From Calditrichales bacterium (GTDB lineage Bacteria; Calditrichota; Calditrichia; Calditrichales; J004): DNA of 64,000 nt. The translations under genes and the position numbers were made by a program. The notes beneath the pieces were generated by a model. It saw only the letters and a list, made by a program, of their open reading frames with translations. It made no database searches and was not told the DNA's origin. Shown here piece after piece: positions 41,564-50,053 of the stretch. The stretch spans positions 2,656,001 through 2,720,000 of the forward strand of contig OZ254086.1 of assembly GCA_965267575.1 (NCBI GenBank), written 5' to 3'. How positions within the stretch are numbered: position 1 is the stretch's first letter; each line of letters starts with the position of its first letter.

Positions 41564-42181
41564 TCAGTTCTCAAAGATTGTAATCAATTGGTCTGAATTG
41601 AACATAGAAGCAGGAGATACTACTAATTCCTCTTTGGGAATATTGTCTCCGTATCTTTCCATTAGTTTTTGTTTAACTGCATTATCAGACAGGTTGAAAT
41701 CACCCAATTTTTCAAGTTCTCCAATTTCAAGTCCGATAGCCTCTTTGTATATTTTCCAGACTAATTCAGAACAGTAAATTCTTGAATCAGACCACTCAAA
41801 ATACAAATCATAGTCTTTACCAGCGTACTTTTCTCCAATCTGTTTCATTTTTACTAAAGACTCAGGAGTCAATAAATTCTCGTAGTTTTTAATCCGTTTA
41901 ACAACGTAATGTCCGTTTTCTCCTCTATTAATCCAGTCATTTAAAGGTGTCAGTTTTACAGGCTGAACAGCTTCGTAAACGAAATAATCGTCTCCTTGCT
42001 TATAAATAATCCCCATATGGCTGTATTTTGAGCCAGTCGCAATCTGAATCGCTTTACTCTGTCCAGATTTTGAAGTCTGGAAAATAATATCCCCGTTTTG
42101 AAATCCTGAAAATCCAGTTTTAGATTGACAAGAAATCAGAAAAATCAGTCCGATTGTTATGTATTGCAGTGTCTTTTTCAT
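41564..42181 (-). CDS. Cassette gene: YiiX/YebB-like permuted papain-like (NlpC/P60) lipoprotein
   Basis: Lipobox LISC, GDIIFQTS...QS.AIQ.ATGSKYSHMG, YDLYFEWSD.RIYCSELVWK. Confidence 0.9.
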   Translation of the reverse strand: MKKTLQYITIGLIFLISCQSKTGFSGFQNGDIIFQTSKSGQSKAIQIATGSKYSHMGIIYKQGDDYFVYEAVQPVKLTPLNDWINRGENGHYVVKRIKNYENLLTPESLVKMKQIGEKYAGKDYDLYFEWSDSRIYCSELVWKIYKEAIGLEIGELEKLGDFNLSDNAVKQKLMERYGDNIPKEELVVSPASMFNSDQLITIFEN

Positions 42182-42438
42182 AATGCATGGTAACATCCTG
42201 CTACATGCATTGCGTATAGCGGGCCTATGGGTTAGTGTTTATTTCGCTATAACCGAAAATATCCGGGCCAGGCGAATTCTTTAACTTTATCATGTTCCGG
42301 GAACACACCAACAAAAATACTATGATGAAATAAAAAAGTACAACATTTATTATGTTAAATAAATCGCGTTCAGTTTGTGCGCACATTTCCCGCCGCTTCA
42401 GCATGGCATTTAATTTCCCGGCTTAATAGATTCCCTGC

Positions 42439-44292
42439 ATGGCAGATCAAAAAAACAAAGCGACCGAAAAACTATCCCTATCCGTGGATGTGAGCGACGA
42501 GCAGCGCCGCCGTGTGCTCCAATGGCTGCAAAAAGAAGCGCCGCAACTATTTCGCGACGGGCGTTTGGACGGGGCGCGGCTGGAAGCCTGGCTGCACGCT
42601 GAAACGCAGGAACCCGCCGACGAGCGTTACGGCCTCTCCTGGAGCGGCAAAACCACGGCCCTAGCCGAAGCCCGCCGCACGACCCGCTTGTCGTTGCATC
42701 CCGATTTTGAGGCATCCCGCCATTTTGATGAGGCCCGCCATCTGCTGATCGAAGGCGAGAACCTCGATGTGCTGCGCCTGCTGCTGCGGCCCTTTCACAA
42801 TGCCATTAAGCTGATCTATATCGATCCGCCCTATAACACCGGCAACGATTTTATCTACCGCGACCGATTTGCCCGCGGCGGCAGCGACGAAGAACAGGCC
42901 GCCGGCTACCGCGATGTCGAAGGCGCCTTGCGGCATGACGATCTCTACCGCAAGAACGCCCGTGAAGGCGGCCGCTTCCACTCCACCTGGCTAAACATGA
43001 TCTACCCGCGGCTGAGCCTGGCCCGCGCGTTGCTGGCCGATGACGGCGCCATCTTCGTCTCCATTGATGACAACGAGCAGGCCAACCTGCGTCTCGTTCT
43101 GGACGAGCTCTACGGCGAGGATAATTTTGTCTGCGATATCATCTGGAAAAAGCGCGGCGGACCGCCCAACGACAAAACCATCGCCTCCATCCACGAGCAT
43201 GTGCTGGTCTATGCCCGCGACATCGAGCGCTTCCGCGCCAACCTGCTGCCGCGTGACAAGCAGGCCGAGAAAAAATTCAAGAACCCCGACAATGATCCCC
43301 GCGGGCGCTGGTACCCGGAAACCTTCACGGTCAACGCCCGGGGCGGACGCTTTACGCCCAGCTGCTGGTACGCCATCAAAAACCCGGTAAGTGGCGAAGA
43401 GCAGTTCCCGCCGGAGGGACGCTGCTGGCGCTGCAATGAAAAAGATTTTCACGAACTGCTGGAGCAAGGGCGCGTGGTGTTTTCTTCCACAGGGATGCCG
43501 CAGTACAAAAAATACCTGGACGAGGTGCGCGACGGCTTCACCGTGCCCTCCATCTGGGATGACGTGGGCTACACCTCGCACGGTTCGCGTGATTTTAAGG
43601 AGCTGTTTGGCCGCGTGCTGTTCGACAATCCCAAACCGCTGGGACTGCTGCAGCGTATCGTGCAAATTGCCACGGATAAAAACAGTTTTGTGCTCGATTT
43701 CTTTGCCGGCAGCGGCGGCACCCTGCAGGCTGTGCTGAAGCAGAATGTGAAAGACGGTGGCGCGCGGCGCTTTATCGGCGTGCAGCTGGGCGAGCAGGTA
43801 TCGCAAGACAGCGATGCCTCCAAACAAGGCTACAAAACCATCTTTGATCTGACCCGGGCGCGGCTGCTGAAGTGGCTGGAAAAGCATGACAGCAGCGAGG
43901 GCGTCCGTGTTTTTAGGCTGGCCAAATCGTGCTTTAAACAGTGGCGCGGCGATCTCTCCGGGGAAGCACTAGAAAAACAGCTGCAGGAGCACAGTGACCC
44001 GCTGCTGGCCGGCAGCGATCCGCAAACGGTGGCCTGGGAGCTGGCCCTGCGCATGGGCTATTCGCCGTTGTCATCGTGGGAAAAGAGGAGTCTGGAGGGC
44101 CATATGGTTTTCGTAGTGCAGCACGACGCCTGGTATTTTTCAGACACTTTTTCGCAGCAGGCCCTCGACTCGGCTTTAAAGCAATCGCCCAAACGCGTTG
44201 TAATTTTAGACCGCCTGTTTAAAGACGACGCCGAAAAGACGCAGGCCGTTTTGAGCCTGCAACAATCCGACACCGAATACACGATCGTTTGA
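42439..44292 (+). CDS. mod: Type III RM methyltransferase (Mod)
   Basis: IEGENL, IYIDPPYNTG, SIDDNE, PKP, LDFFAGSG. Confidence 0.93.
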   Translation: MADQKNKATEKLSLSVDVSDEQRRRVLQWLQKEAPQLFRDGRLDGARLEAWLHAETQEPADERYGLSWSGKTTALAEARRTTRLSLHPDFEASRHFDEARHLLIEGENLDVLRLLLRPFHNAIKLIYIDPPYNTGNDFIYRDRFARGGSDEEQAAGYRDVEGALRHDDLYRKNAREGGRFHSTWLNMIYPRLSLARALLADDGAIFVSIDDNEQANLRLVLDELYGEDNFVCDIIWKKRGGPPNDKTIASIHEHVLVYARDIERFRANLLPRDKQAEKKFKNPDNDPRGRWYPETFTVNARGGRFTPSCWYAIKNPVSGEEQFPPEGRCWRCNEKDFHELLEQGRVVFSSTGMPQYKKYLDEVRDGFTVPSIWDDVGYTSHGSRDFKELFGRVLFDNPKPLGLLQRIVQIATDKNSFVLDFFAGSGGTLQAVLKQNVKDGGARRFIGVQLGEQVSQDSDASKQGYKTIFDLTRARLLKWLEKHDSSEGVRVFRLAKSCFKQWRGDLSGEALEKQLQEHSDPLLAGSDPQTVAWELALRMGYSPLSSWEKRSLEGHMVFVVQHDAWYFSDTFSQQALDSALKQSPKRVVILDRLFKDDAEKTQAVLSLQQSDTEYTIV

Positions 44293-44293
44293 T

Positions 44294-44965
44294 ATGGCCG
44301 ATTTCCGAAGTGAACTGACCCGTTACCTGGAAGAGCGCGCGCTGCAATCGCTGGACGCCATGTGCCGGAAATTGTCACCGCCGCTCAAAGCCGAAGCGCA
44401 CAACCTGGAAGAGATCAACGCTGTCGATTTTCGCGTGTCCGGGCCCGGCAAATATTGGCTGATCGATTTCCAGTACAGCGGCGATTTTGCCCGCTATGGC
44501 GATATCCGCATCGATGTGTTGTCGGCCTGGCAGCACAAGGGCCTCGTTGCGTTGGAGCGCCGGGCGTTGCAGGAAGAGATGAAGCGTGATGTGCCGCGTT
44601 CGGCGGAGACCTTTGCCGGCTATCTCGCGCTGTTTATGGAGGTCGTCAAATGGGGCAAAATCTACCAGCCCGATGGCCCGCAGGCGCTACTCTACTTCGT
44701 CTACAACCACGCCATAAAAACCGTGCCCGATGTGCAAGGCCGCGAACCGGACAAGGCTTTTTTCCTGCGTTGCCGCGACCTGCGCGATTTCATCGATCGG
44801 CGCTGGCGGGCGCTGATCAGCGAGGGCCGGCTCAAACTTAATGACAAAAGCGCCCTGGGCGACGACCACGGTTCGGCTTTTTTTGCCATCCCTTTTGTGG
44901 ACCTGCAGCGCGCCAACCTGGTGCGCCCGCTGAAGTCGGCGGTGTTTGAAGGCGGCGACCGATGA
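44294..44965 (+). CDS. Hypothetical protein, putative PD-(D/E)xK-fold nuclease, inside the RM operon
   Basis: AVDF...LIDFQ...GDIRIDV.S; 1 nt after the mod stop, ATGA overlap with res. Confidence 0.6.
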   Translation: MADFRSELTRYLEERALQSLDAMCRKLSPPLKAEAHNLEEINAVDFRVSGPGKYWLIDFQYSGDFARYGDIRIDVLSAWQHKGLVALERRALQEEMKRDVPRSAETFAGYLALFMEVVKWGKIYQPDGPQALLYFVYNHAIKTVPDVQGREPDKAFFLRCRDLRDFIDRRWRALISEGRLKLNDKSALGDDHGSAFFAIPFVDLQRANLVRPLKSAVFEGGDR

Positions 44966-47541
44966 AGCTGCAGTTTGACAGTCAGCAACATTACCAGCTA
45001 CAGGCCATCAGCGCCGTGTGCGATTGCTTTGAGGGCGTTTGCAGCACCGCGGGTGTAAACGGCGAAACGGTGGCCAACCCGCAGATTTCAGATCGCGGGC
45101 GTTTGCTGGAAAACCTGCGCGCCGTGCAAAATCGCACCCTGCCGGAAACAACGCCGGACCGCCTTCTCCATCCGCTGCAATTTGATGATGCCGGCCAAAG
45201 CCACAGCCTGGATATCCCCAACATCACCGTGGAGATGGAAACGGGCACCGGCAAAACCTACACCTACCTGCGCACCATCTACGAGCTGCAGCGGCGTTAC
45301 GGCTTCAAAAAATTTGTCATCGTTGTGCCGGGTGTGGCCATCCGCGAAGGTGTGCTTAAAAACCTGGAGCTGACCCGCGACCACCTGCAGGAACTGTACA
45401 ACCACCCGCCGCAGCATTACAGCGTTTACGATTCATCCCGGCTGGCCGCGCTGCGCCGCTTTGCCTCTTCGGCGCAACTGGAAATTTTGCTGATCAACAT
45501 CGACAGCTTTACCCGCGACATCAACATTATCAACCAGCAGCACGAAAGCGGCAGCCGCCCGCTGGATTTTGTGCGCGCCACGCACCCGCTGGTGATTTTG
45601 GATGAGCCGCAAAACATGGAAACCGACCTGCGCAAAAAAGCCATCGCCAATCTCAACCCGCTGGCATTGCTGCGCTACTCGGCCACGCACCGCGATACCT
45701 ACAACCTGGTTTACCGGTTGGACCCGCTGCAGGCCTACGACCTGGGGTTGGTGAAGCAGATCGAGGTGCTGGGCATTACCGCCGCCGACAACCGCGACAG
45801 CGCCTACATCCGTTTTGAAGGCATCCGCGCCGGTAAGAAAAGCCTGAAGGCGCGGCTGAAAATCGCTTGTCTTGAAGATGGTGACTATAAGCTGAAATCG
45901 ATGAATATCGCCGTGGGTGATGACCTGCTGGCGCTTTCCGGCGGGCGTGACGCTTACCGCGACGGTTTTGTAGTTGAAAAAATAGACGCGGCCAATAACA
46001 GGCTGCGTTTTGCCAATGGCACAGACCTCCGTGCGGGAGAAACCCACGGCGGCAACGACGAACGGCTGTGGCGCTTCCAGATTGAACAGGCGCTGAAGGA
46101 GCATTTTGAAAAAGAAGCGCAGCTTGCCGATCGCGGTATTAAGGTATTAAGCCTCTTTTTTATCGATCGCGTCAGCAGCTACCGCCAATACGATCATCAA
46201 AACCGGCCGCAAAAAGGACGCTTTGCTCAGTGGTTTGAAGAGGCCTTCGAACGCCTGAAACCTCCGGGCTATCCCTTCCGCGTGGATTACGTGCATGACG
46301 GCTATTTTTCGCAGGACCGCAAAGGGCATATCAAGGACACCAGCGGCGAGAGCAAAGCCGATGACGCCACCTACGCGCTGATCATGCGCGACAAAGAAAG
46401 GCTGCTGGACCCGGCCGAACCGCTGCGCTTTATTTTTAGTCACAGCGCGTTGCGCGAGGGCTGGGACAACCCCAACGTCTTCCAGATCTGCACGCTCAAC
46501 GAGACGCAATCGGAGATGAAGAAGCGCCAGGAGATTGGTCGCGGTTTGCGCCTGCCGGTGAACACGCAGGGGCAGCGCGTATGGGACCGCGAAAGCAATG
46601 TGCTCACCGTGATCGCCAATGAGAGTTACCGCGATTTTGCCGCACGCCTGCAAAGCGAAGTGCGTCGCGAGAGCGGCGTGGATATGGGCCTGCGCATCCG
46701 CAACGCCCGTGAAAAAAGCGAGGTAAAACTGACGCGACCGTTGACGCCAAAAGCCAATCCGCGTTTTTTTGAGCTGTGGGAGCGTATCAATAAAAAAGCC
46801 GTTTACACAGTGCATGTGGATGATGTCCTGCTAAAAGAAGAGGTTTTGAAGGAGATAAAGGCGATGCCCGCGGTGCAGACGCAGGCTGCCATCACATCGG
46901 AACGGTTCCGCGTTCTGGCCGGCGGAAAACGTTTTGAGGCAGGCCGCAGCGAGAAGCACGATGTGCAGCAGGGCCAATTTGTTGCTGTGCCTGATATTTT
47001 GCGGGAACTCAGCGCAGACAGCGCCATAACCCGCGCCACAATCAGCGACGTTTTACGGCAAAGTAACCGGCTGGACGAATTTGAGACAAACCCGCGGCAA
47101 TTCCTGGCGCAGATAAAAGGCGCCCTGCAGCGTGCCTGGCGCCGGGCCGTCCGCGATAATATTGTTTACCAGCTCAGCGAAGATCCTGTTTGCTCTTTCG
47201 GCGTTTTTGAAAGCGGCCCGCGCAAAATTTATGATGACAAGCTTATTGTCCCGCGAAACGGTGAAAAGTTTCTGTATAGCGCCATCGAAGTTAAGAGCAC
47301 GCGGGAACGCGCCTTGCTCAGGCAGTGGGATGAAGATGTGGAGGTCTCATTCTGCCTGCGCCTGCCGCAGCAATACACGCAGGCCACTCCTTTTGGCGCC
47401 TGGAGGCCGGAATGGGCCTTGATAAGCGCCGGCGGCAAAATCACCTTTATGTGCGCGGAAGCCGGATCCCCCGACGTGCTGGAGTGCGCAAAGAAGTGCC
47501 TTAAAACAATCGATGAAGATATCCGCGTAAAAGAAAACTAA
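44962..47541 (+). CDS. res: Type III RM Res subunit, helicase motifs intact, nuclease motif degenerate
   Basis: EMETGTGKT, DEPQ, YSATH, REGWDNPNVF, QEIGRGLR; C-terminal TPFGAWRPEWA...FMCAEAG. Confidence 0.9.
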   Translation: MKLQFDSQQHYQLQAISAVCDCFEGVCSTAGVNGETVANPQISDRGRLLENLRAVQNRTLPETTPDRLLHPLQFDDAGQSHSLDIPNITVEMETGTGKTYTYLRTIYELQRRYGFKKFVIVVPGVAIREGVLKNLELTRDHLQELYNHPPQHYSVYDSSRLAALRRFASSAQLEILLINIDSFTRDINIINQQHESGSRPLDFVRATHPLVILDEPQNMETDLRKKAIANLNPLALLRYSATHRDTYNLVYRLDPLQAYDLGLVKQIEVLGITAADNRDSAYIRFEGIRAGKKSLKARLKIACLEDGDYKLKSMNIAVGDDLLALSGGRDAYRDGFVVEKIDAANNRLRFANGTDLRAGETHGGNDERLWRFQIEQALKEHFEKEAQLADRGIKVLSLFFIDRVSSYRQYDHQNRPQKGRFAQWFEEAFERLKPPGYPFRVDYVHDGYFSQDRKGHIKDTSGESKADDATYALIMRDKERLLDPAEPLRFIFSHSALREGWDNPNVFQICTLNETQSEMKKRQEIGRGLRLPVNTQGQRVWDRESNVLTVIANESYRDFAARLQSEVRRESGVDMGLRIRNAREKSEVKLTRPLTPKANPRFFELWERINKKAVYTVHVDDVLLKEEVLKEIKAMPAVQTQAAITSERFRVLAGGKRFEAGRSEKHDVQQGQFVAVPDILRELSADSAITRATISDVLRQSNRLDEFETNPRQFLAQIKGALQRAWRRAVRDNIVYQLSEDPVCSFGVFESGPRKIYDDKLIVPRNGEKFLYSAIEVKSTRERALLRQWDEDVEVSFCLRLPQQYTQATPFGAWRPEWALISAGGKITFMCAEAGSPDVLECAKKCLKTIDEDIRVKEN

Positions 47542-47724
47542 AGCCCCGTTTCCGGTTGGCTCAAAGCCATAGTTCAATTCTGTCTCAGGGCAAGATTGCA
47601 ATCAGGGTCATAACGATTCTCTTCCGCCCAAAACCGGCAATTTTTTCCCTGCTCAGTTTTTATCCCATGCACTGCTAAAACTACACTTTGCAGGTCAAAT
47701 TCCGAACTCTCCTATTGTACACGG

Positions 47725-47976
47725 ATGTACAATGGACAGACCAGAATGAAAAAAGATTCCCAATTTCCTGCCACGCCGTCAGTGGAAGACTACAAGCGCC
47801 TGGTTGAGCGCTTAAGGGTGCGGTTAAATGTATTGAATGCTTCGGTCTTTCTGCTGGAAGAGAAACTTTCATACATTGACCCTCATACAATCGACTATGT
47901 TGAACGCGTAAATGAACAACTGGAGCTACTGCGTTCCCTGATTTTGGAAGAACCTGGGTCCGCGGGCCCGAATTGA
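47725..47976 (+). CDS. Small protein resembling a His-less HisKA/DHp helical hairpin
   Basis: Aligns without gaps to the DHp of the next gene; 7 nt upstream of it. Confidence 0.6.
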   Translation: MYNGQTRMKKDSQFPATPSVEDYKRLVERLRVRLNVLNASVFLLEEKLSYIDPHTIDYVERVNEQLELLRSLILEEPGSAGPN

Positions 47977-47983
47977 GTGTAAT

Positions 47984-49141
47984 ATGGATGCACGTGATAT
48001 CAAACTGCTGGTAATTGAAGATGAACCCTATGTCCGCGACAGCTACGTGGATATGCTCGATATTTTGGGGTTTAAATGTGATGTTGCCGATAACGGTCGC
48101 GAAGGTCTGGCTAAAATTGCCAAGACCGATTACCATATTGTGTTAACCGACCTCAATATGCCGGTAATGGACGGTCTGGAAACGCTTAAGCGCATCAAGA
48201 AGAAGACCCCGCACGTGCAGGTTATTGTCATTACCGGTTTTGCCACCATCGAAAATGCCATAAAAGCGATGAAGCAGGGCGCTTTCGATTACATTACCAA
48301 GCCGATCAGCTTTGAGCATGTTAAAATTATTCTGGATCGCTGCGTACAGCATATTATTGCCACGCAGGAGAATAAAGAGCTTAAAGACCACAACCAGGAA
48401 TTGTTGGAGCTGAATGATCTGAAGAGCAAGTTTATCACTATTACCAACCACGAACTACGCACACCACTGGCCGTCATCAAGGGTTATGTGGAACTGCTGG
48501 AAATGGCCGTTCCGGAAAAGAACGAAGAAACCCGGGAATACTTCGAGGTGGTTAACAACACCTTGCATGACCTGGTGGAGATGGTTGAACGCATGCATGA
48601 TCTAAGCCACGTTGATTCCGCCCTGCAGAAGTTTTCCACCACGACGTTTAACCTTAATCTCGAAGCCCTGAGCGTGGCCAACGAGATGAAGCTGCTTTTC
48701 CGCCGTCGCAGTGTTGGACTCAATATCAGCGCCAACACAAAAGAGATTTTTGTGGAAGCCGATAAAAACGCCCTACGCCGCGCCATCCGCGAATTGCTGC
48801 AAAACGCGCTGAAGTTCACCGATAAAGATGGCCAGGTATCGCTGGAAATTAAAAAAGAAACCTCCGATAACCGCGTGTATCTCTCCGTAAAAGACAACGG
48901 AATCGGCATCCCGCCGGACAAGCTCGATATGATCTTTGAACCGTTCTACGAGGTGCAGGACGTAATGCACCACTCCACATCTCAAACGGAGTTCATGGGT
49001 GGTGGAATCGGGGTAGGTCTGTCGATTGTTAAAGAGATCGTGGAAGCCAACAAGGGCGAGGTGGCGGTGAGCAGCAAACCCGGCAAAGGCAGCACATTCA
49101 CGATCATTATGCCGGCCGCGGAAGTTATGCAATCCGTCTAA
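47984..49141 (+). CDS. Hybrid receiver-histidine kinase
   Basis: REC (IEDE, TDLNMP, TGF, KP) then HELRTPL, NALKFT, DNGIG, G.GLS. Confidence 0.93.
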   Translation: MDARDIKLLVIEDEPYVRDSYVDMLDILGFKCDVADNGREGLAKIAKTDYHIVLTDLNMPVMDGLETLKRIKKKTPHVQVIVITGFATIENAIKAMKQGAFDYITKPISFEHVKIILDRCVQHIIATQENKELKDHNQELLELNDLKSKFITITNHELRTPLAVIKGYVELLEMAVPEKNEETREYFEVVNNTLHDLVEMVERMHDLSHVDSALQKFSTTTFNLNLEALSVANEMKLLFRRRSVGLNISANTKEIFVEADKNALRRAIRELLQNALKFTDKDGQVSLEIKKETSDNRVYLSVKDNGIGIPPDKLDMIFEPFYEVQDVMHHSTSQTEFMGGGIGVGLSIVKEIVEANKGEVAVSSKPGKGSTFTIIMPAAEVMQSV

Positions 49142-50040
49142 AAACGCGTCAACTCCTTCATCTCATCAAAGCGTTTATCCAACCTGTTATTATCCAGCTT
49201 TTTTAAATTATCCAGGCTGAAATCTTCCACCGTAAAGGAAGCCATGGTGCAGCCAAAGACCAGCGCCTTGCGGATTGTATCCTCGCTGGTATTATTCGCC
49301 CGGGCAATATAGCCGAGAAAGCCTCCCGCAAATGAATCGCCGGCGCCGGTAGGGTCAACCACTTTTTCAACGGGATAGGCGGGCGTAAAAAAGAAACTGC
49401 CGGAACCGGAGTAGAGCAACGCGCCATGTTCGCCTTTTTTGACGACAACCTTGTCCGGCCCCAGCGCGCAAATAGCCTTCACCGCCTTAATGATATTAAC
49501 CTCACCGGTAAACTCCAGAACCTCTTCATCATTCATGATGACGATATCGGACTGGCGCACGACCTTTTCCAGGGCATCCCTCTTACCGCTTATCCAGAAA
49601 TTCATCGTATCCAGCACTACCAGCTGCGGCTTTTCGATTTGCTCCAGCACCTGAAGCTGCAGCTCCGGGGCAATGTTGGCCAGAAAAACGTAACGGGCTT
49701 TTTTGTACTGCTCCGGGATCTGCGGGTTAAAATTTTCGAAGACGTTCAGGTATGTGAAAAGCGTATCGCGTTGATTCATATTGCTGTGATAGCGTCCGCC
49801 CCAGCGAAACGTGTCGCCTTTTTCGGTGTAAAGCCCGTCAAAGTTAACGCTTCTTTTTTTCAGGAACTCCAGATGCGACGTGTCAAAATCGCTGCCGATA
49901 ACGCCGACCACGTTCACCGGACTGAACAAGCTGGCCGCCGCGCTGAAGTAAAGCGTGCTGCCACCCAGAGCGTTATCCACTTTGCCAAAAGGGGTTTCAA
50001 CAGTATCGTAAGCAATCGATCCTACAACTAAAATACTCAT
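49138..50040 (-). CDS. PfkB-family carbohydrate kinase
   Basis: VVGSIAYD, GGS, DPTGAGDSFAGG. Confidence 0.9.
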   Translation of the reverse strand: MSILVVGSIAYDTVETPFGKVDNALGGSTLYFSAAASLFSPVNVVGVIGSDFDTSHLEFLKKRSVNFDGLYTEKGDTFRWGGRYHSNMNQRDTLFTYLNVFENFNPQIPEQYKKARYVFLANIAPELQLQVLEQIEKPQLVVLDTMNFWISGKRDALEKVVRQSDIVIMNDEEVLEFTGEVNIIKAVKAICALGPDKVVVKKGEHGALLYSGSGSFFFTPAYPVEKVVDPTGAGDSFAGGFLGYIARANNTSEDTIRKALVFGCTMASFTVEDFSLDNLKKLDNNRLDKRFDEMKELTRF

Positions 50041-50053
50041 TACAATCTCCGTT

